This document shows, one piece after another, positions 10,040 through 19,961 of a stretch of 64,000 nt of DNA. A model generated the notes under the pieces. That model did not search any database. It saw only the letters and a program-made list of their open reading frames with translations, and was not told where the DNA came from. The position numbers were made by a program, and so were the translations under genes. Position 1 is the stretch's first letter. Every line of letters starts with the position of its first letter. Origin of the DNA: Spirochaetia bacterium (GTDB taxonomy: Bacteria > Spirochaetota > Spirochaetia > UBA9216); assembly GCA_963675665.1 (NCBI GenBank), contig OY776510.1, positions 3,936,001 to 4,000,000 of the forward strand, read 5' to 3'.

Positions 10040-11883
10040 GAAACCGCTTCATCTTTTTCTGTGGAATTACTGCCGTGATTGCAGTCATAATACTATGGAA
10101 ATTCTTTTCCCTTATGATACTTCAGAAATCTCCGATTCCGGAGTCTTCAAATGAAACCGTTGTGGAACGCGGCCCAATACTTGACCGCAACGGGCGCATA
10201 CTTGCAATACAGAACCAGCTTGATTCGGTCGAGACTTGGATTCCTTATATAGAAAATGTTGAAGAAACAGTCAGTCTTCTTTCCGCCATACTCGATATCG
10301 ACCATGACAAGCTTCTTGCAGACATTGAAAACCGACGCGGCAGCATGTGGATAAAACGAAAAATTACGCCCACCGAGAGTTCCGAAATTCAGAAGCTTAT
10401 GGATCAGGGAAAACTTGCCGGAATCTATCTAAGAAAAGAATACGGGCGGAATTATCCCAAACAGAGACTTGCTTCACATATTCTCGGGTACACCGGTACG
10501 GATAATATTGGACTGGACGGAATTGAATACACAATGAATGATGTTCTTTCGCCTGATCCGTCCACATCAAACCAGGAAGAATTATACGGCAACCAGCTTT
10601 TTCTTACGATTGATTCAAATATTGAATTTTTTGCTGAAAAATATGCCGCAGAAGCAATTAAGGAACATGATGCCGAATCCGTTATGATTATCGTCATGGA
10701 TGCTCTGAACGGCGATCTTCTTGCTTGCGCTTCAATGCCCGATTTTGATCCGAATACCTTTTACGAATTTACAGATGAAGAAAGAAGAAACCGGGCCTTT
10801 TCGGTTGCATATGAACCCGGCTCGGTAATGAAGGTTTTCAGCATTGCGTCTTTTCTTGAACTCGGTGGGATTGGAATAAATTCACATTTTTACTGCGGCG
10901 AACGTTATGAAAACGACGACATCCCCGAACCTATCGGCGATCTGGGCGTTTACGGTAATCTTACGCCGGCGGGCATTATCAAATATTCGAGCAATGTCGG
11001 GGCAGCCTACGCCTCGGAAACGGTAAGCAAAGACGATTTCTACCAGATGCTGATTGCTCTCGGTTTCGGAAACCAGACACAGCTGCCCGTTCCCGGTGAA
11101 TCATCCGGCCTGCTGCGGAGTCCCGATAAATGGTCCATAAGATCAAAACCCACAATCGCATTCGGACAGGAACTGCTTGTCTCCGCTGTTCAGCTGGCTA
11201 CAGCTGCAACTGTTTTTTCAAACGACGGCGTCCTGCTTAAACCCCATATAATCGACAGGATACTCACACCGGACGGGCAAACTATTGAAGAATCGATTCG
11301 TGAACCGATCCAGAGGGTTTTCAGCCCTGAAACCGCACGCGCAATGCTTCTGATGATGGAAACGGCCACCGAAGAGGGCGGAACAGCTCACAGGATGAAA
11401 ACCGAAGGCCTCCGTATTTCAGCCAAAACGGGTACCAGCCAGGTAATCGATCCTGAAACAGGAACATATTCCGATGAAAATTTTGTTGCATCGGCACTAG
11501 CCATATTTCCTACCGATAATCCTCAGCTGATCATCTATGTCGTTATTCAGAATCCAAAAGGGGCATCCTACTACGGAGGAAGAATAGCGTCTCCAATAGT
11601 GAAAAAGATGATCGATGAAACAATCCCCTATCTTGGAATCAGACGTTCCACCGACAAGGTTCTCGAACACAGCGGCAAGATTACCGTTCCGGTTAATTCC
11701 GGGCTTGTTATCGGCGACACCATTCCGGACTTTACAGGAATGCCGAAGCGCAGCCTGCTTGCCCTTTTCAATGACGACAGACTCTTCATAAAGATGTCCG
11801 GCGAGGGCTGGGTTGTAAGGCAGTCGCCCCCGCCCGGAACAGCCGTGGCAGGTAAAACGGAGATCACCCTTGAGTTTGAATAA
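10024..11883 (+). CDS. Class B penicillin-binding protein with C-terminal PASTA domain (FtsI-like)
   Basis: ERGPILDRNG, RNYP, GLDGIE, LTID; SxxK (GSVMK), SSN, KTGT; PASTA IPDFTGM...GEGWVVRQSP. Confidence 0.92.
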   Translation: MDKNIRNRFIFFCGITAVIAVIILWKFFSLMILQKSPIPESSNETVVERGPILDRNGRILAIQNQLDSVETWIPYIENVEETVSLLSAILDIDHDKLLADIENRRGSMWIKRKITPTESSEIQKLMDQGKLAGIYLRKEYGRNYPKQRLASHILGYTGTDNIGLDGIEYTMNDVLSPDPSTSNQEELYGNQLFLTIDSNIEFFAEKYAAEAIKEHDAESVMIIVMDALNGDLLACASMPDFDPNTFYEFTDEERRNRAFSVAYEPGSVMKVFSIASFLELGGIGINSHFYCGERYENDDIPEPIGDLGVYGNLTPAGIIKYSSNVGAAYASETVSKDDFYQMLIALGFGNQTQLPVPGESSGLLRSPDKWSIRSKPTIAFGQELLVSAVQLATAATVFSNDGVLLKPHIIDRILTPDGQTIEESIREPIQRVFSPETARAMLLMMETATEEGGTAHRMKTEGLRISAKTGTSQVIDPETGTYSDENFVASALAIFPTDNPQLIIYVVIQNPKGASYYGGRIASPIVKKMIDETIPYLGIRRSTDKVLEHSGKITVPVNSGLVIGDTIPDFTGMPKRSLLALFNDDRLFIKMSGEGWVVRQSPPPGTAVAGKTEITLEFE

Positions 11884-13702
11884 ACCGGATTTATATCATC
11901 AGAATACCGGTTTACTAACGCATATGTATCCCTCTTTTAACATGGATATTCTGTCTAAATATTTACCATCAGAGGAATTATTCGTCTCAGAGGCTGCTGA
12001 CGGGCTGCTGACGGCCCGAATAGACGATATATGGATACATTCATCACGCGCACCTTTCAGGGAAGCACAGAAGCTTGTACGCAATGGTATAAAAAAGCAT
12101 ACAGGGCTTTGTCTTGTCTACGGTTTCGGGCTCGGCTACCAGGTTGAAGCGATTATCGAACATTTCCCGGAACTTATGGTACTTATAATAGAACCGGAGC
12201 CCGGACTTTTTCTTAAAGCGCTGGAATATATCGACCTTTCTCCGATAATCAAATCCGGACGCGTCGGCTTTCTTTTCGATACGCCTGCCGATGTAATAAC
12301 CTCGGTAATGGATACTTACAGGACTTCCGAAATTCAAAGTCTTAAACTGCGTTCCGTTTACAGCCGCAACTGCGATTACTACAGGACAGTAGACGAAGCT
12401 GTTTCTTCATTCATCAGACGCAAAGAAACAAACATGAATACGCTCAACCGTTTCGGCAAAACATGGGTTAAAAATCTTTTCAGAAATATAGAGGTTTTCG
12501 GTCATGCGCGCGATTCAGGTTTGTGGTACGGCGCTTTTTCCGATATCCCCGCCGTTGTTATTGCGGCCGGCCCCAGCCTCGATACTTTTCTGCCGGTTCT
12601 TGATGAAATTCACAGACGGTGCGTAATCATTTGTGTGGACACCGCACTGAGGGCCGTGCTTTTGACCGGTACAATTCCGGATTTCATTGTTGTAGTTGAT
12701 CCGCAGTATCTTAACACCCGGCACCTTGATAATCTTCTTTGCCCGGAGAAAATCGAAGCCGGAGCAGTCCTCATCTCGGAAAGCTCAACGCATCCGGCGG
12801 TTTTCAGAAACAACAATCTGCCGGTATTCTTCTTTAAATCGGTTTTTCCGCTCGGGAAAATGATTGAACGCAGCGCCGGTATCAGTTCGGAACTCGGGGC
12901 GGGAGGTTCGGTTGCAACTACAGCCTGGGATTTTGCCCGCAAAATCGGCTGCCCGCAGATTTTCACCGCCGGTCTTGACCTTGGATATCCTCATCAGAAT
13001 ACGCACTGCCGCACAAGTCTTTCGTCTCTGTACACTTCATTTAAATCAAACAGATTGACGACTGCAGATTCAATCAGCTTCTGCGGAGTGCAGAACGCTG
13101 AACCGCACCCCTTGCCGAACAATGCAGGCGGAGAAACACTTACCGATATGCGCCTTATTGTTTATAAATGGTGGTTTGAAGGCCAGCTTCGTTCAGACAG
13201 CTCATCAGGACGCTATTTCAATCTTTCCGAAAACGGAATAAAAATAGACGGGATGGAATATTGCAGCCAGGAAAAAGTTCTTGAATTACCTGAAAAACGG
13301 AAGCAAATCGACACTATCAGGCGGGAAACTTGTGCAAACCGTACAACTTCTGAACCTGAGACTGTTTTTAGCCGGATCAGACTAATTATTGAATCAATTA
13401 TTACCGAATGTGCAAGGCTTGAAAACATCTGCCGTGACGCACTTGGAATACTTGAAGAAACCGGAAAGGCGGCAGATGATAACACCATAGCTGAAGGCAT
13501 GAAAAAGCTTTCAGAACTTGATATAAGGATATCCGAATCTCCGACAAAAGAGCTCACAGGCTTTATCATTCAGCCTGTTTTAAACGAAATAATCAACAGC
13601 GACAATTCGGTCTTTGACAACTCTGAAAATCTTTACAGCAATATCCTTGAGGCCTGTACTTTTCACAGACTTCACGCAGAACGGGCGTTAAAAAGGATAT
13701 AA
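11870..13702 (+). CDS. Motility-associated factor (Maf/DUF115) flagellin glycosyltransferase family protein
   Basis: YGFGLGY, PAVVIAAGPSLD, CVDTALR, PDFIVVVDP, GGSVATTA, IFTAGLDLGY. TTG start with GGAG upstream. Confidence 0.85.
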   Translation: MSLNKPDLYHQNTGLLTHMYPSFNMDILSKYLPSEELFVSEAADGLLTARIDDIWIHSSRAPFREAQKLVRNGIKKHTGLCLVYGFGLGYQVEAIIEHFPELMVLIIEPEPGLFLKALEYIDLSPIIKSGRVGFLFDTPADVITSVMDTYRTSEIQSLKLRSVYSRNCDYYRTVDEAVSSFIRRKETNMNTLNRFGKTWVKNLFRNIEVFGHARDSGLWYGAFSDIPAVVIAAGPSLDTFLPVLDEIHRRCVIICVDTALRAVLLTGTIPDFIVVVDPQYLNTRHLDNLLCPEKIEAGAVLISESSTHPAVFRNNNLPVFFFKSVFPLGKMIERSAGISSELGAGGSVATTAWDFARKIGCPQIFTAGLDLGYPHQNTHCRTSLSSLYTSFKSNRLTTADSISFCGVQNAEPHPLPNNAGGETLTDMRLIVYKWWFEGQLRSDSSSGRYFNLSENGIKIDGMEYCSQEKVLELPEKRKQIDTIRRETCANRTTSEPETVFSRIRLIIESIITECARLENICRDALGILEETGKAADDNTIAEGMKKLSELDIRISESPTKELTGFIIQPVLNEIINSDNSVFDNSENLYSNILEACTFHRLHAERALKRI

Positions 13703-13737
13703 AAAAACGGTATGCCTGGACGTTTGCGCATACCGTT
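13701..13737 (-). terminator. Intrinsic terminator (minus strand; may be bidirectional)
   Basis: 10-bp perfect stem AACGGTATGC(13706-13715)/GCATACCGTT(13728-13737) followed by a T run on the minus strand. Confidence 0.8.
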
Positions 13738-13763
13738 AATTATCTAATCGGGTTATTTCCCTT
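13701..13763 (-). ncRNA. Candidate sigma28-dependent small RNA (~60 nt)
   Basis: Lies between a sigma28-type promoter (13770-13796) and the intrinsic terminator; no credible ORF. Inferred only. Confidence 0.4.
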
Positions 13764-13769
13764 AATTTA

Positions 13770-13796
13770 TATTCGGCTTTTCGGTTCGATTCTTTA
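13770..13796 (-). promoter_or_regulatory. Sigma28 (FliA)-type promoter
   Basis: Minus strand TAAA-N15-GCCGAATA versus consensus TAAA-N15-GCCGATAA. Confidence 0.65.
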
Positions 13797-13824
13797 ACCT
13801 ATTTGGTCATATTTTACTTAAATT

Positions 13825-15612
13825 TCAGTTATTTACAATTTCGGGCGAAAGATACATATATTCGGCTTCCTTTCCGTCAATTATCATCTTTTTCAGGAAT
13901 TTGTCTGTTGAATCACCCTCGGACCAATGCTGTTTTTCATGCGATACCTCAAAAAGAGAGTCTTCAAAAAGCAGAATTCCTGATTTTCCCATATAATTCA
14001 GACGCACAGCCTGAAAAGAGTCCCTATTGCCGGCCGGTTTTTCCTTTAAACGACCGAATATTGAAAAAACCGGAAGGCCTGAATAGATAATGCTTCCGTT
14101 TGCATATTCCAGTTCCTGAGAACTGATATTATACACCTCCGCACCTGAAGGGACGGCAACGGCAAACGCTGTTCCTGCCGATTCGGCAACAAGAAAATGT
14201 GAATTATCCGTTCTGGCCGGAAAACACATCCTGAAAACACAACCTTTACCTGGGTTGTTATCCAGTTCCAGATGTCCTCCGCGTTTCATCAGCCTGTCGG
14301 TGACAAGATCAAGTCCGACGCCTCTGCCGGCAAAATGACCGGATTCTGCAAGAGTGGTAAATCCCGGCTTTGAGATCATACCCAGAAGGTTTCCTTCGGA
14401 ATTGTCGGAAGACATAAGTTCCGGATTAATACCTGATCCGTCGTCACGAATACTTATTTCCATGGATTCCTTGTTCTTTTCAAGACTTACGGTAATGGTT
14501 CCGGACTCCGCCTTTCCCGCCGATTTTCTGATTTCGGGCATCTCAATTCCGTGAACAACAGCATTACGGATAATCTGAAGCATCGGTTCGGCAATATAAT
14601 CCGCGAAATCCCGCTGGACCCTGTTTTGTTCCCCGTTAAAAATCAACCCGGCCTTTTTACCCAGTTTTGAAGCGAGATCTCTCACGGTTCTTTTATAGCC
14701 GGCAAAATGCGTGTTAAAATCTACCGTTTTTATATTGGACATCATTTTCTCAATACTGTCCGAAATATTCTCTATCCCTGCCAGATCGTATCCAAGCGAT
14801 TCATCCCCGCCGAGTTTCCTGTAAGCATCAGTTATACCTGCAAGTCGTTGCTTTATTTCGCTTACATATTCGCTTATGGCATCTATTTCTTCAGCTTCAA
14901 CACTGATAACCCTTTCATCTTTCGATTTACTCTCGATTTTTACCGTATTTGTTTTTACTCCGGTATTTTCCAGTTCTTCGCTATAAGATAATTCATCAAT
15001 ACTGATATCAAATATCTGATCGATATCGATTGTTTCCGATATTTTTGATCCGTTTTCTGCCGTAGTCAGTATTATTGTCAGACGACCGTCGGCTGTATCT
15101 CCGAGGTTCTCCGGTTCGGGTTCAACCTTCACAACATTAAAAATCTTTTCAAGGTTGCTTAAAGCAAGATACGCTCTCGGGTATTTCATATTTTCATCAT
15201 CGCCGATTCTGAAAGACAGACGATAAAGGCTTTCAGCCCTGGAACGAGCCTCTTTCATCAGCATAAGCTCAAATTCAGAATACAATGGAACAAGTTTTGC
15301 CTCATCCGCCAACTTTCCTATTTTATCAACTGTTGAAAAACAGAAACTTAGCAGAGCAGGATCAACCTCAACCTCTGCCCCTGCATTACGCAGCGGTTCA
15401 ATAGCTGATTCCATATTATGCGCCAAATCTGCAATATCAGCATACCCAAGATAAGCCGCTTCAGATTTTATTGAATGTACGGCCCTGAAAATATGATTTA
15501 TAATTTCACTTGAATAGCCGTCGTTCTCAAGCTTTATCAGCCCTGTATTGATTTCATTTATGAATTTTTTTGTATCCTGTTCGAAGGTGTCGTTTAATGT
15601 GCTTTCTCCCAT
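13825..15612 (-). CDS. Divergent CheA-like histidine kinase (HPT-P2-dimerisation-HATPase-degenerate CheW domain)
   Basis: IFRAVHSIKS (HPT His); P2-like MKYPRAYLAL; VRDLASKLGK; IIRNAVVHGIE; DDGSGI; PGFTT; GRGVGLDLV. Confidence 0.85.
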   Translation of the reverse strand: MGESTLNDTFEQDTKKFINEINTGLIKLENDGYSSEIINHIFRAVHSIKSEAAYLGYADIADLAHNMESAIEPLRNAGAEVEVDPALLSFCFSTVDKIGKLADEAKLVPLYSEFELMLMKEARSRAESLYRLSFRIGDDENMKYPRAYLALSNLEKIFNVVKVEPEPENLGDTADGRLTIILTTAENGSKISETIDIDQIFDISIDELSYSEELENTGVKTNTVKIESKSKDERVISVEAEEIDAISEYVSEIKQRLAGITDAYRKLGGDESLGYDLAGIENISDSIEKMMSNIKTVDFNTHFAGYKRTVRDLASKLGKKAGLIFNGEQNRVQRDFADYIAEPMLQIIRNAVVHGIEMPEIRKSAGKAESGTITVSLEKNKESMEISIRDDGSGINPELMSSDNSEGNLLGMISKPGFTTLAESGHFAGRGVGLDLVTDRLMKRGGHLELDNNPGKGCVFRMCFPARTDNSHFLVAESAGTAFAVAVPSGAEVYNISSQELEYANGSIIYSGLPVFSIFGRLKEKPAGNRDSFQAVRLNYMGKSGILLFEDSLFEVSHEKQHWSEGDSTDKFLKKMIIDGKEAEYMYLSPEIVNN

Positions 15613-15613
15613 A

Positions 15614-16195
15614 TCAGTCCTGCCCGCTGTTGGTTTGTTTATAAAGGGAAATTATCAACTCAACTTCGCCCCGGTTAACTCCCACACTTGATGCTATTAT
15701 TGCAGCATCAATGCCGTTTCGGTAGAGCGACAGAATTTTATCTTTTACAGTTTCACGATTCTCCGGAATTTTCTCTTTGATTGCAAGAGGCGTAACCAGT
15801 CCGGACATTATGTTCATTTTATTAAGATGAGAGTATGTCAATTCGCCGGGTTCCGTTTCCGGTTCTCTTATTTTATCCTGTTTCCTGTTCTCACGGTCTT
15901 TGACAGCAGCTCTTTCTGCCGTATCTGCATCACTGTGTACAATTTTGTTTAAAAGAGTGATTCGCTTTTCTGCTTTATCTATTAAGGTTTCAAGTGCAGC
16001 TATTTTATCTTCAATTATCAATACATTCCGATCCGTGGCCTGATTTATCTCTGAAAGGATCACATCGAGATTTTTCGCCAATTCATCCGACACCATATCG
16101 GTATCAGTCAGCTTATCAATTCGTCTTCTTAACAGTATATAGATGACTGCAAGAATCATTATGCTGATTAAAAAAAATATTATATTAAGGATCAT
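15614..16195 (-). CDS. Membrane-anchored coiled-coil protein with C-terminal HTH-like region (DUF6115-like)
   Basis: N-terminal TM; EINQATDRNV coiled coil; ILSLYRNG..IASSVG..GEVELII. Confidence 0.7.
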   Translation of the reverse strand: MILNIIFFLISIMILAVIYILLRRRIDKLTDTDMVSDELAKNLDVILSEINQATDRNVLIIEDKIAALETLIDKAEKRITLLNKIVHSDADTAERAAVKDRENRKQDKIREPETEPGELTYSHLNKMNIMSGLVTPLAIKEKIPENRETVKDKILSLYRNGIDAAIIASSVGVNRGEVELIISLYKQTNSGQD

Positions 16196-16200
16196 ACTTC

Positions 16201-16533
16201 CTATCCTGAAATGTCTATGTGATGTCCGATATCCGGGTCTTCAAAATATTTTTTTTCTGCCGGAACCGGCTCCTTGTTGTCCTTTTTTTCCTGATCGTTT
16301 TTGGAGGATCCTTCACGCCTCTGATTATGTTCATCCTCGTTGATCTTCTCAGTTCCGGTTTCGACATCTTTAGTCTGGCCTACTTTATGATCATTTTCAT
16401 CCGCTTTTCGCACAGCCTCATCAGCTTTTTTATCCTGCTGGGCAATCTCAGCGCTTCTTTCAGCGGCCTGCTGCTGCCCGACATTTTTGAGGTTGCTGTA
16501 TAAAATTTGAAGATCCAGTGGCGATACCGACAT
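16201..16533 (-). CDS. Small charged hypothetical protein coupled to fapA
   Basis: MSVSPLDLQ N-terminus and GHHIDISG C-terminus; TAATG overlap with fapA. Confidence 0.7.
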   Translation of the reverse strand: MSVSPLDLQILYSNLKNVGQQQAAERSAEIAQQDKKADEAVRKADENDHKVGQTKDVETGTEKINEDEHNQRREGSSKNDQEKKDNKEPVPAEKKYFEDPDIGHHIDISG

Positions 16534-18485
16534 TATCCCTTTTTTGTCAAATCTTCGTCAAGCTGCTCGTATTTTATTGCTTTGACATCTCCATCTTCGT
16601 TTACAAATGTAACGCTGTTAAAATCATTTCTGACCCTCAGCGGTGCATCTTTTATCATTATCCTTACCCCGGGAAAAACCTTTGAAGCTGCAGAAATTTT
16701 TCCTACATATTTTAAAGAAGCAAGATACTCCTTGATGCTTTTAATTTCATCTTCAAGCTTAAGCATCTCATTGTGTATCTCAAGCTTCTGGTTTTTCAGT
16801 TCTTCAAGGTACTCTTCTTTATCATCGGGCAGTTTCTTCTTTTTCTTCTTGAAATTCTCCAATGTAAGGATATTTCTTTCGATATCATCCAACTGCTTTG
16901 TCTGTTTCTCCAGCTCAGATTCAAGATTCTGCAGTTTTTCCTTGCTTCTGGGGTCCCAGCCGACTTCAAGTATAGTCTCTGAACCGGAAACCGAACCCAG
17001 GGTTTTTGCATGGATCTCTTCCGTAGCCCGAAGTCGGCCTCCAACTATCGTTGCCCTTTTGCCCATACACACAATCAGGCGATTTGACACTACATTGGAA
17101 TTTATTATTCCGTCGGTAGCTATTACCGCATCTCCACAGTCTACATTTGCATTCTCAATAAATTTAGCCCAGACTGTTTTCCCGGCACGAACCTTGCCTT
17201 CAGTCCTGCCGTTAATTCCCTGATGAACAATAACTTCACCCTCGGCATCCAGTTCAGACTTTCCGACATTACCCATTACTTCTATATTTCCCGAAGCCTT
17301 TACCTTGAATCCGTCTTCAACGCTTCCCTTAACCATAACGGATCCGAGGAAAATAATATTTCCGCCTGATTTCAGGTTGACATCGCCGTTAACCAGATAG
17401 ACCGGTTCAACAGACATCTTTCCGCCGCTTTGCAGCATTACCTGCCCGTTTATCTCCGCGATTGCCGTAATTTTATCATCAGAAAGCTTAACGTTCTTTC
17501 CGAGATTGAAATCAATATCATTTCCTGATTTGGCGGGAAGCAGCTTGCCGGTTACGGTTCTGCCGGGTTTTCCTTCTTCAAAAGGCACTTTTCTGGCAAG
17601 AATCTGACCTTCAACAACGTTCTGAATCTGATTCATTTCCTTGAAATCGACCTTTCCCCGCTTTTCCTTATAACTCACCTGAGATTCCTGAGCCTCAAAA
17701 TTATAGACAATCTTTGCATCATTGCCGTTTACGGGTTTTGTTCCTTCCGCAACAATCACCGGTTTATCATATACAGGATGATCTTCCAAATCGGATATTT
17801 CATCTTCCTTCAGGCCGTGAATAATTCCGTTCGCTTTCAATAAGCCGATAATACTGTCGGCGGTAATATCCGCACCTCCGGCGCCCGGCGGCTTGATAAC
17901 GACAGTTGCTTTCATATCCAAATCCATTGTCTGAACAGACATAACTGCGTCATTCATTGGATTATATGCATAATCTCCTATCCGGACCTGTTCACCGTCT
18001 GCATTTTTTACGACTGTAGCCATTATATTTTTATCGTAATTATCAATACCCCGGCCTTTTATCCGCATAGCCGCTTCTCTTTCAGTTATTTTCTTGCCTG
18101 CTCCTACGGGAGGATAAACTTTAAGAAAAACTCCTTCCTGTCTGAAAGTAATAATAACCTCTCCATCACGATCCCTGGGAATATCAGTTCCCATATCTGC
18201 GACACCGAAGTCAAGATCGAAACTTTCGTCTCCAAAATCTTCTGTTTTCTGGCTGATTACTTCATAGGCAATAAGCAGACACTCTTTTTTTCCATAACCC
18301 AAAAAACCCTGCGCAGGTTTTTCAAGAACCTCATATTCAATCCTGGAAAGCGGGATGTTTAATTCTATTGATGCCTGTTCGAGCGCTTCGTCTATGGTTG
18401 AGCCGCTGACCTGTACAGTTCGTCGTGAACGATCCTCTTCGGCCTGCTTGCGCATAAACTCTCTTAACTCAGACAATTGTACCAT
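16533..18485 (-). CDS. fapA: FapA/DUF342 family flagellar assembly protein with N-terminal Jag_N-like domain
   Basis: VSGSTIDEALEQA..YEVLE..GFLG (Jag_N); VDFKEM, GRTVTG, GDVNLKSGGNIIFLGSV, beta-helix plus coiled coil. Confidence 0.85.
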   Translation of the reverse strand: MVQLSELREFMRKQAEEDRSRRTVQVSGSTIDEALEQASIELNIPLSRIEYEVLEKPAQGFLGYGKKECLLIAYEVISQKTEDFGDESFDLDFGVADMGTDIPRDRDGEVIITFRQEGVFLKVYPPVGAGKKITEREAAMRIKGRGIDNYDKNIMATVVKNADGEQVRIGDYAYNPMNDAVMSVQTMDLDMKATVVIKPPGAGGADITADSIIGLLKANGIIHGLKEDEISDLEDHPVYDKPVIVAEGTKPVNGNDAKIVYNFEAQESQVSYKEKRGKVDFKEMNQIQNVVEGQILARKVPFEEGKPGRTVTGKLLPAKSGNDIDFNLGKNVKLSDDKITAIAEINGQVMLQSGGKMSVEPVYLVNGDVNLKSGGNIIFLGSVMVKGSVEDGFKVKASGNIEVMGNVGKSELDAEGEVIVHQGINGRTEGKVRAGKTVWAKFIENANVDCGDAVIATDGIINSNVVSNRLIVCMGKRATIVGGRLRATEEIHAKTLGSVSGSETILEVGWDPRSKEKLQNLESELEKQTKQLDDIERNILTLENFKKKKKKLPDDKEEYLEELKNQKLEIHNEMLKLEDEIKSIKEYLASLKYVGKISAASKVFPGVRIMIKDAPLRVRNDFNSVTFVNEDGDVKAIKYEQLDEDLTKKG

Positions 18486-18490
18486 ATATT

Positions 18491-19279
18491 CTATAATATC
18501 CCTTTTTTCAGATTTGTAAGTTTCGCACGCAGACGCATTATCGCTTTTGTGTGCAGCTGCGAAACCCTTGATTCCGTTACCTCAAGAACCTTTCCAATTT
18601 CTTTTAAAGTGAGATCTTCGTAATAATAAAGTACAAGAACCTTTTTTTCTTTTTCAGGAAGTTCATTAATTGCTTCTATGATGACTCTTTTTATTTCGTC
18701 TTTTTCTACTATTATATCGGGATTCAAACCTTGCGGCGACTCAATGCTGTCGACAATTGAAACCTTGTCGTTATCTTCACCTGTATACCAGACATCATTA
18801 AGCGAAAGGATGGATGTTCCGCTTATTTTTAAAATTGTTTTCTGGTATTCCTGAAGATTCATCCCCATTTCACTGGCAATCTCGTTATCTGAAACAGAAC
18901 GGCCCAATGAAGCCTCCAGCCTGTGTACTGCATCTTCCACTTCGCGCGATTTCTGCCGTACTGAACGCGGGACCCAGTCAATTGATCTTAGCTCATCGAA
19001 AATGGCACCACGGATTCTGGTAACTGCATAGGTTTTAAATTTTACATGCTTGTCGGGATCAAATTTTTCAATGGCATCAAACAGGCCGAATACTCCATAT
19101 CCTACCAGATCGTCGAATTCGATATTATGCGGCATGCCTACAGCCACTTTCCCGGCTACATATTTAACTAATGGAGCATACTGTTTTACAAAAGCATCTC
19201 TGATAGCTGGGTCTTTGGACTTTTTGTACATCGCCCATAATTCTTCTTCTGACTTATTCTTAAGCAGTTTACCATCCAT
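18491..19279 (-). CDS. fliA: RNA polymerase sigma-28 factor FliA/WhiG
   Basis: [60 protein letters not shown]. Confidence 0.96.
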   Translation of the reverse strand: MDGKLLKNKSEEELWAMYKKSKDPAIRDAFVKQYAPLVKYVAGKVAVGMPHNIEFDDLVGYGVFGLFDAIEKFDPDKHVKFKTYAVTRIRGAIFDELRSIDWVPRSVRQKSREVEDAVHRLEASLGRSVSDNEIASEMGMNLQEYQKTILKISGTSILSLNDVWYTGEDNDKVSIVDSIESPQGLNPDIIVEKDEIKRVIIEAINELPEKEKKVLVLYYYEDLTLKEIGKVLEVTESRVSQLHTKAIMRLRAKLTNLKKGIL

Positions 19280-19282
19280 CTG

Positions 19283-19954
19283 TTAACCTTCCTGGTCCTT
19301 TTTTAAAACTGTTTTTACAGCCTTGACTATTTCGCTGGTCTCATGCATACCGCCCAAAATCTCTGCACCTCCGGAAGCTTCGCCAAATCCGTCTATATTG
19401 CTAAGGCCTTCATTATTTCCGCCGTCATTTGCTTCCGAGAAGCTGTCCGAAAAGACTCCTACATCGGGTAAAACATTCTCTTTGCCGTTTTCAGCTGAAT
19501 CATCGTCTGTATGCTCCGAATCCAAAGTGTTTACAGTCTCTGCAACAGCTGCATCTTCGAGCTCGCTGTCATCATCAACTGTTTCCAGCAATTCCTCTGT
19601 TTCCAATTCTTCAACCTCAGCAGTATTGCTGTCCATTTCATCTTCTATTGTAATGTCCAGGTTACTGCCGCTGATTTTCGCAGCTTCTGCTGAATCATCC
19701 AAATCTTCTGCCTCAATATCAACAATATCCTCATCGGATGAAGGGCTTATAAGCAGCTCCGGGATAAACGATTCAACAAGCTTCATAACTAAAATACTGA
19801 TTCCGGCAAACAGAACGCTGAAGAGCAGCGCACGGAGGAAAACTGCACCTGCCGCAACGTCCCCGAACAACCCGACAATAAATGAGAGGACAAATCCGAA
19901 TATTCCGAATCCGGCTGTTATTTTTTTCCAGTTACCCAGTTTTTCATCAAACAT
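19283..19954 (-). CDS. flgV: FlgV-like protein (two N-terminal TMs, acidic tail)
   Basis: Sits between flhG and fliA; 2 TMs, IPELL motif, D/E-rich linker, C-terminal IVKAVKTVL helix. Confidence 0.65.
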   Translation of the reverse strand: MFDEKLGNWKKITAGFGIFGFVLSFIVGLFGDVAAGAVFLRALLFSVLFAGISILVMKLVESFIPELLISPSSDEDIVDIEAEDLDDSAEAAKISGSNLDITIEDEMDSNTAEVEELETEELLETVDDDSELEDAAVAETVNTLDSEHTDDDSAENGKENVLPDVGVFSDSFSEANDGGNNEGLSNIDGFGEASGGAEILGGMHETSEIVKAVKTVLKKDQEG

Positions 19955-19961
19955 TATAATC

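Noticed and set aside
13706-13737. c-di-GMP-I riboswitch (GCAAAC in the loop, minus strand)
   Set aside because: No GNRA tetraloop/receptor or second stem; it is a simple hairpin with a U tail.
16507-17223. 238-aa Ser/Phe-rich + strand ORF
   Set aside because: Antisense shadow of Glu/Lys-rich fapA codons.
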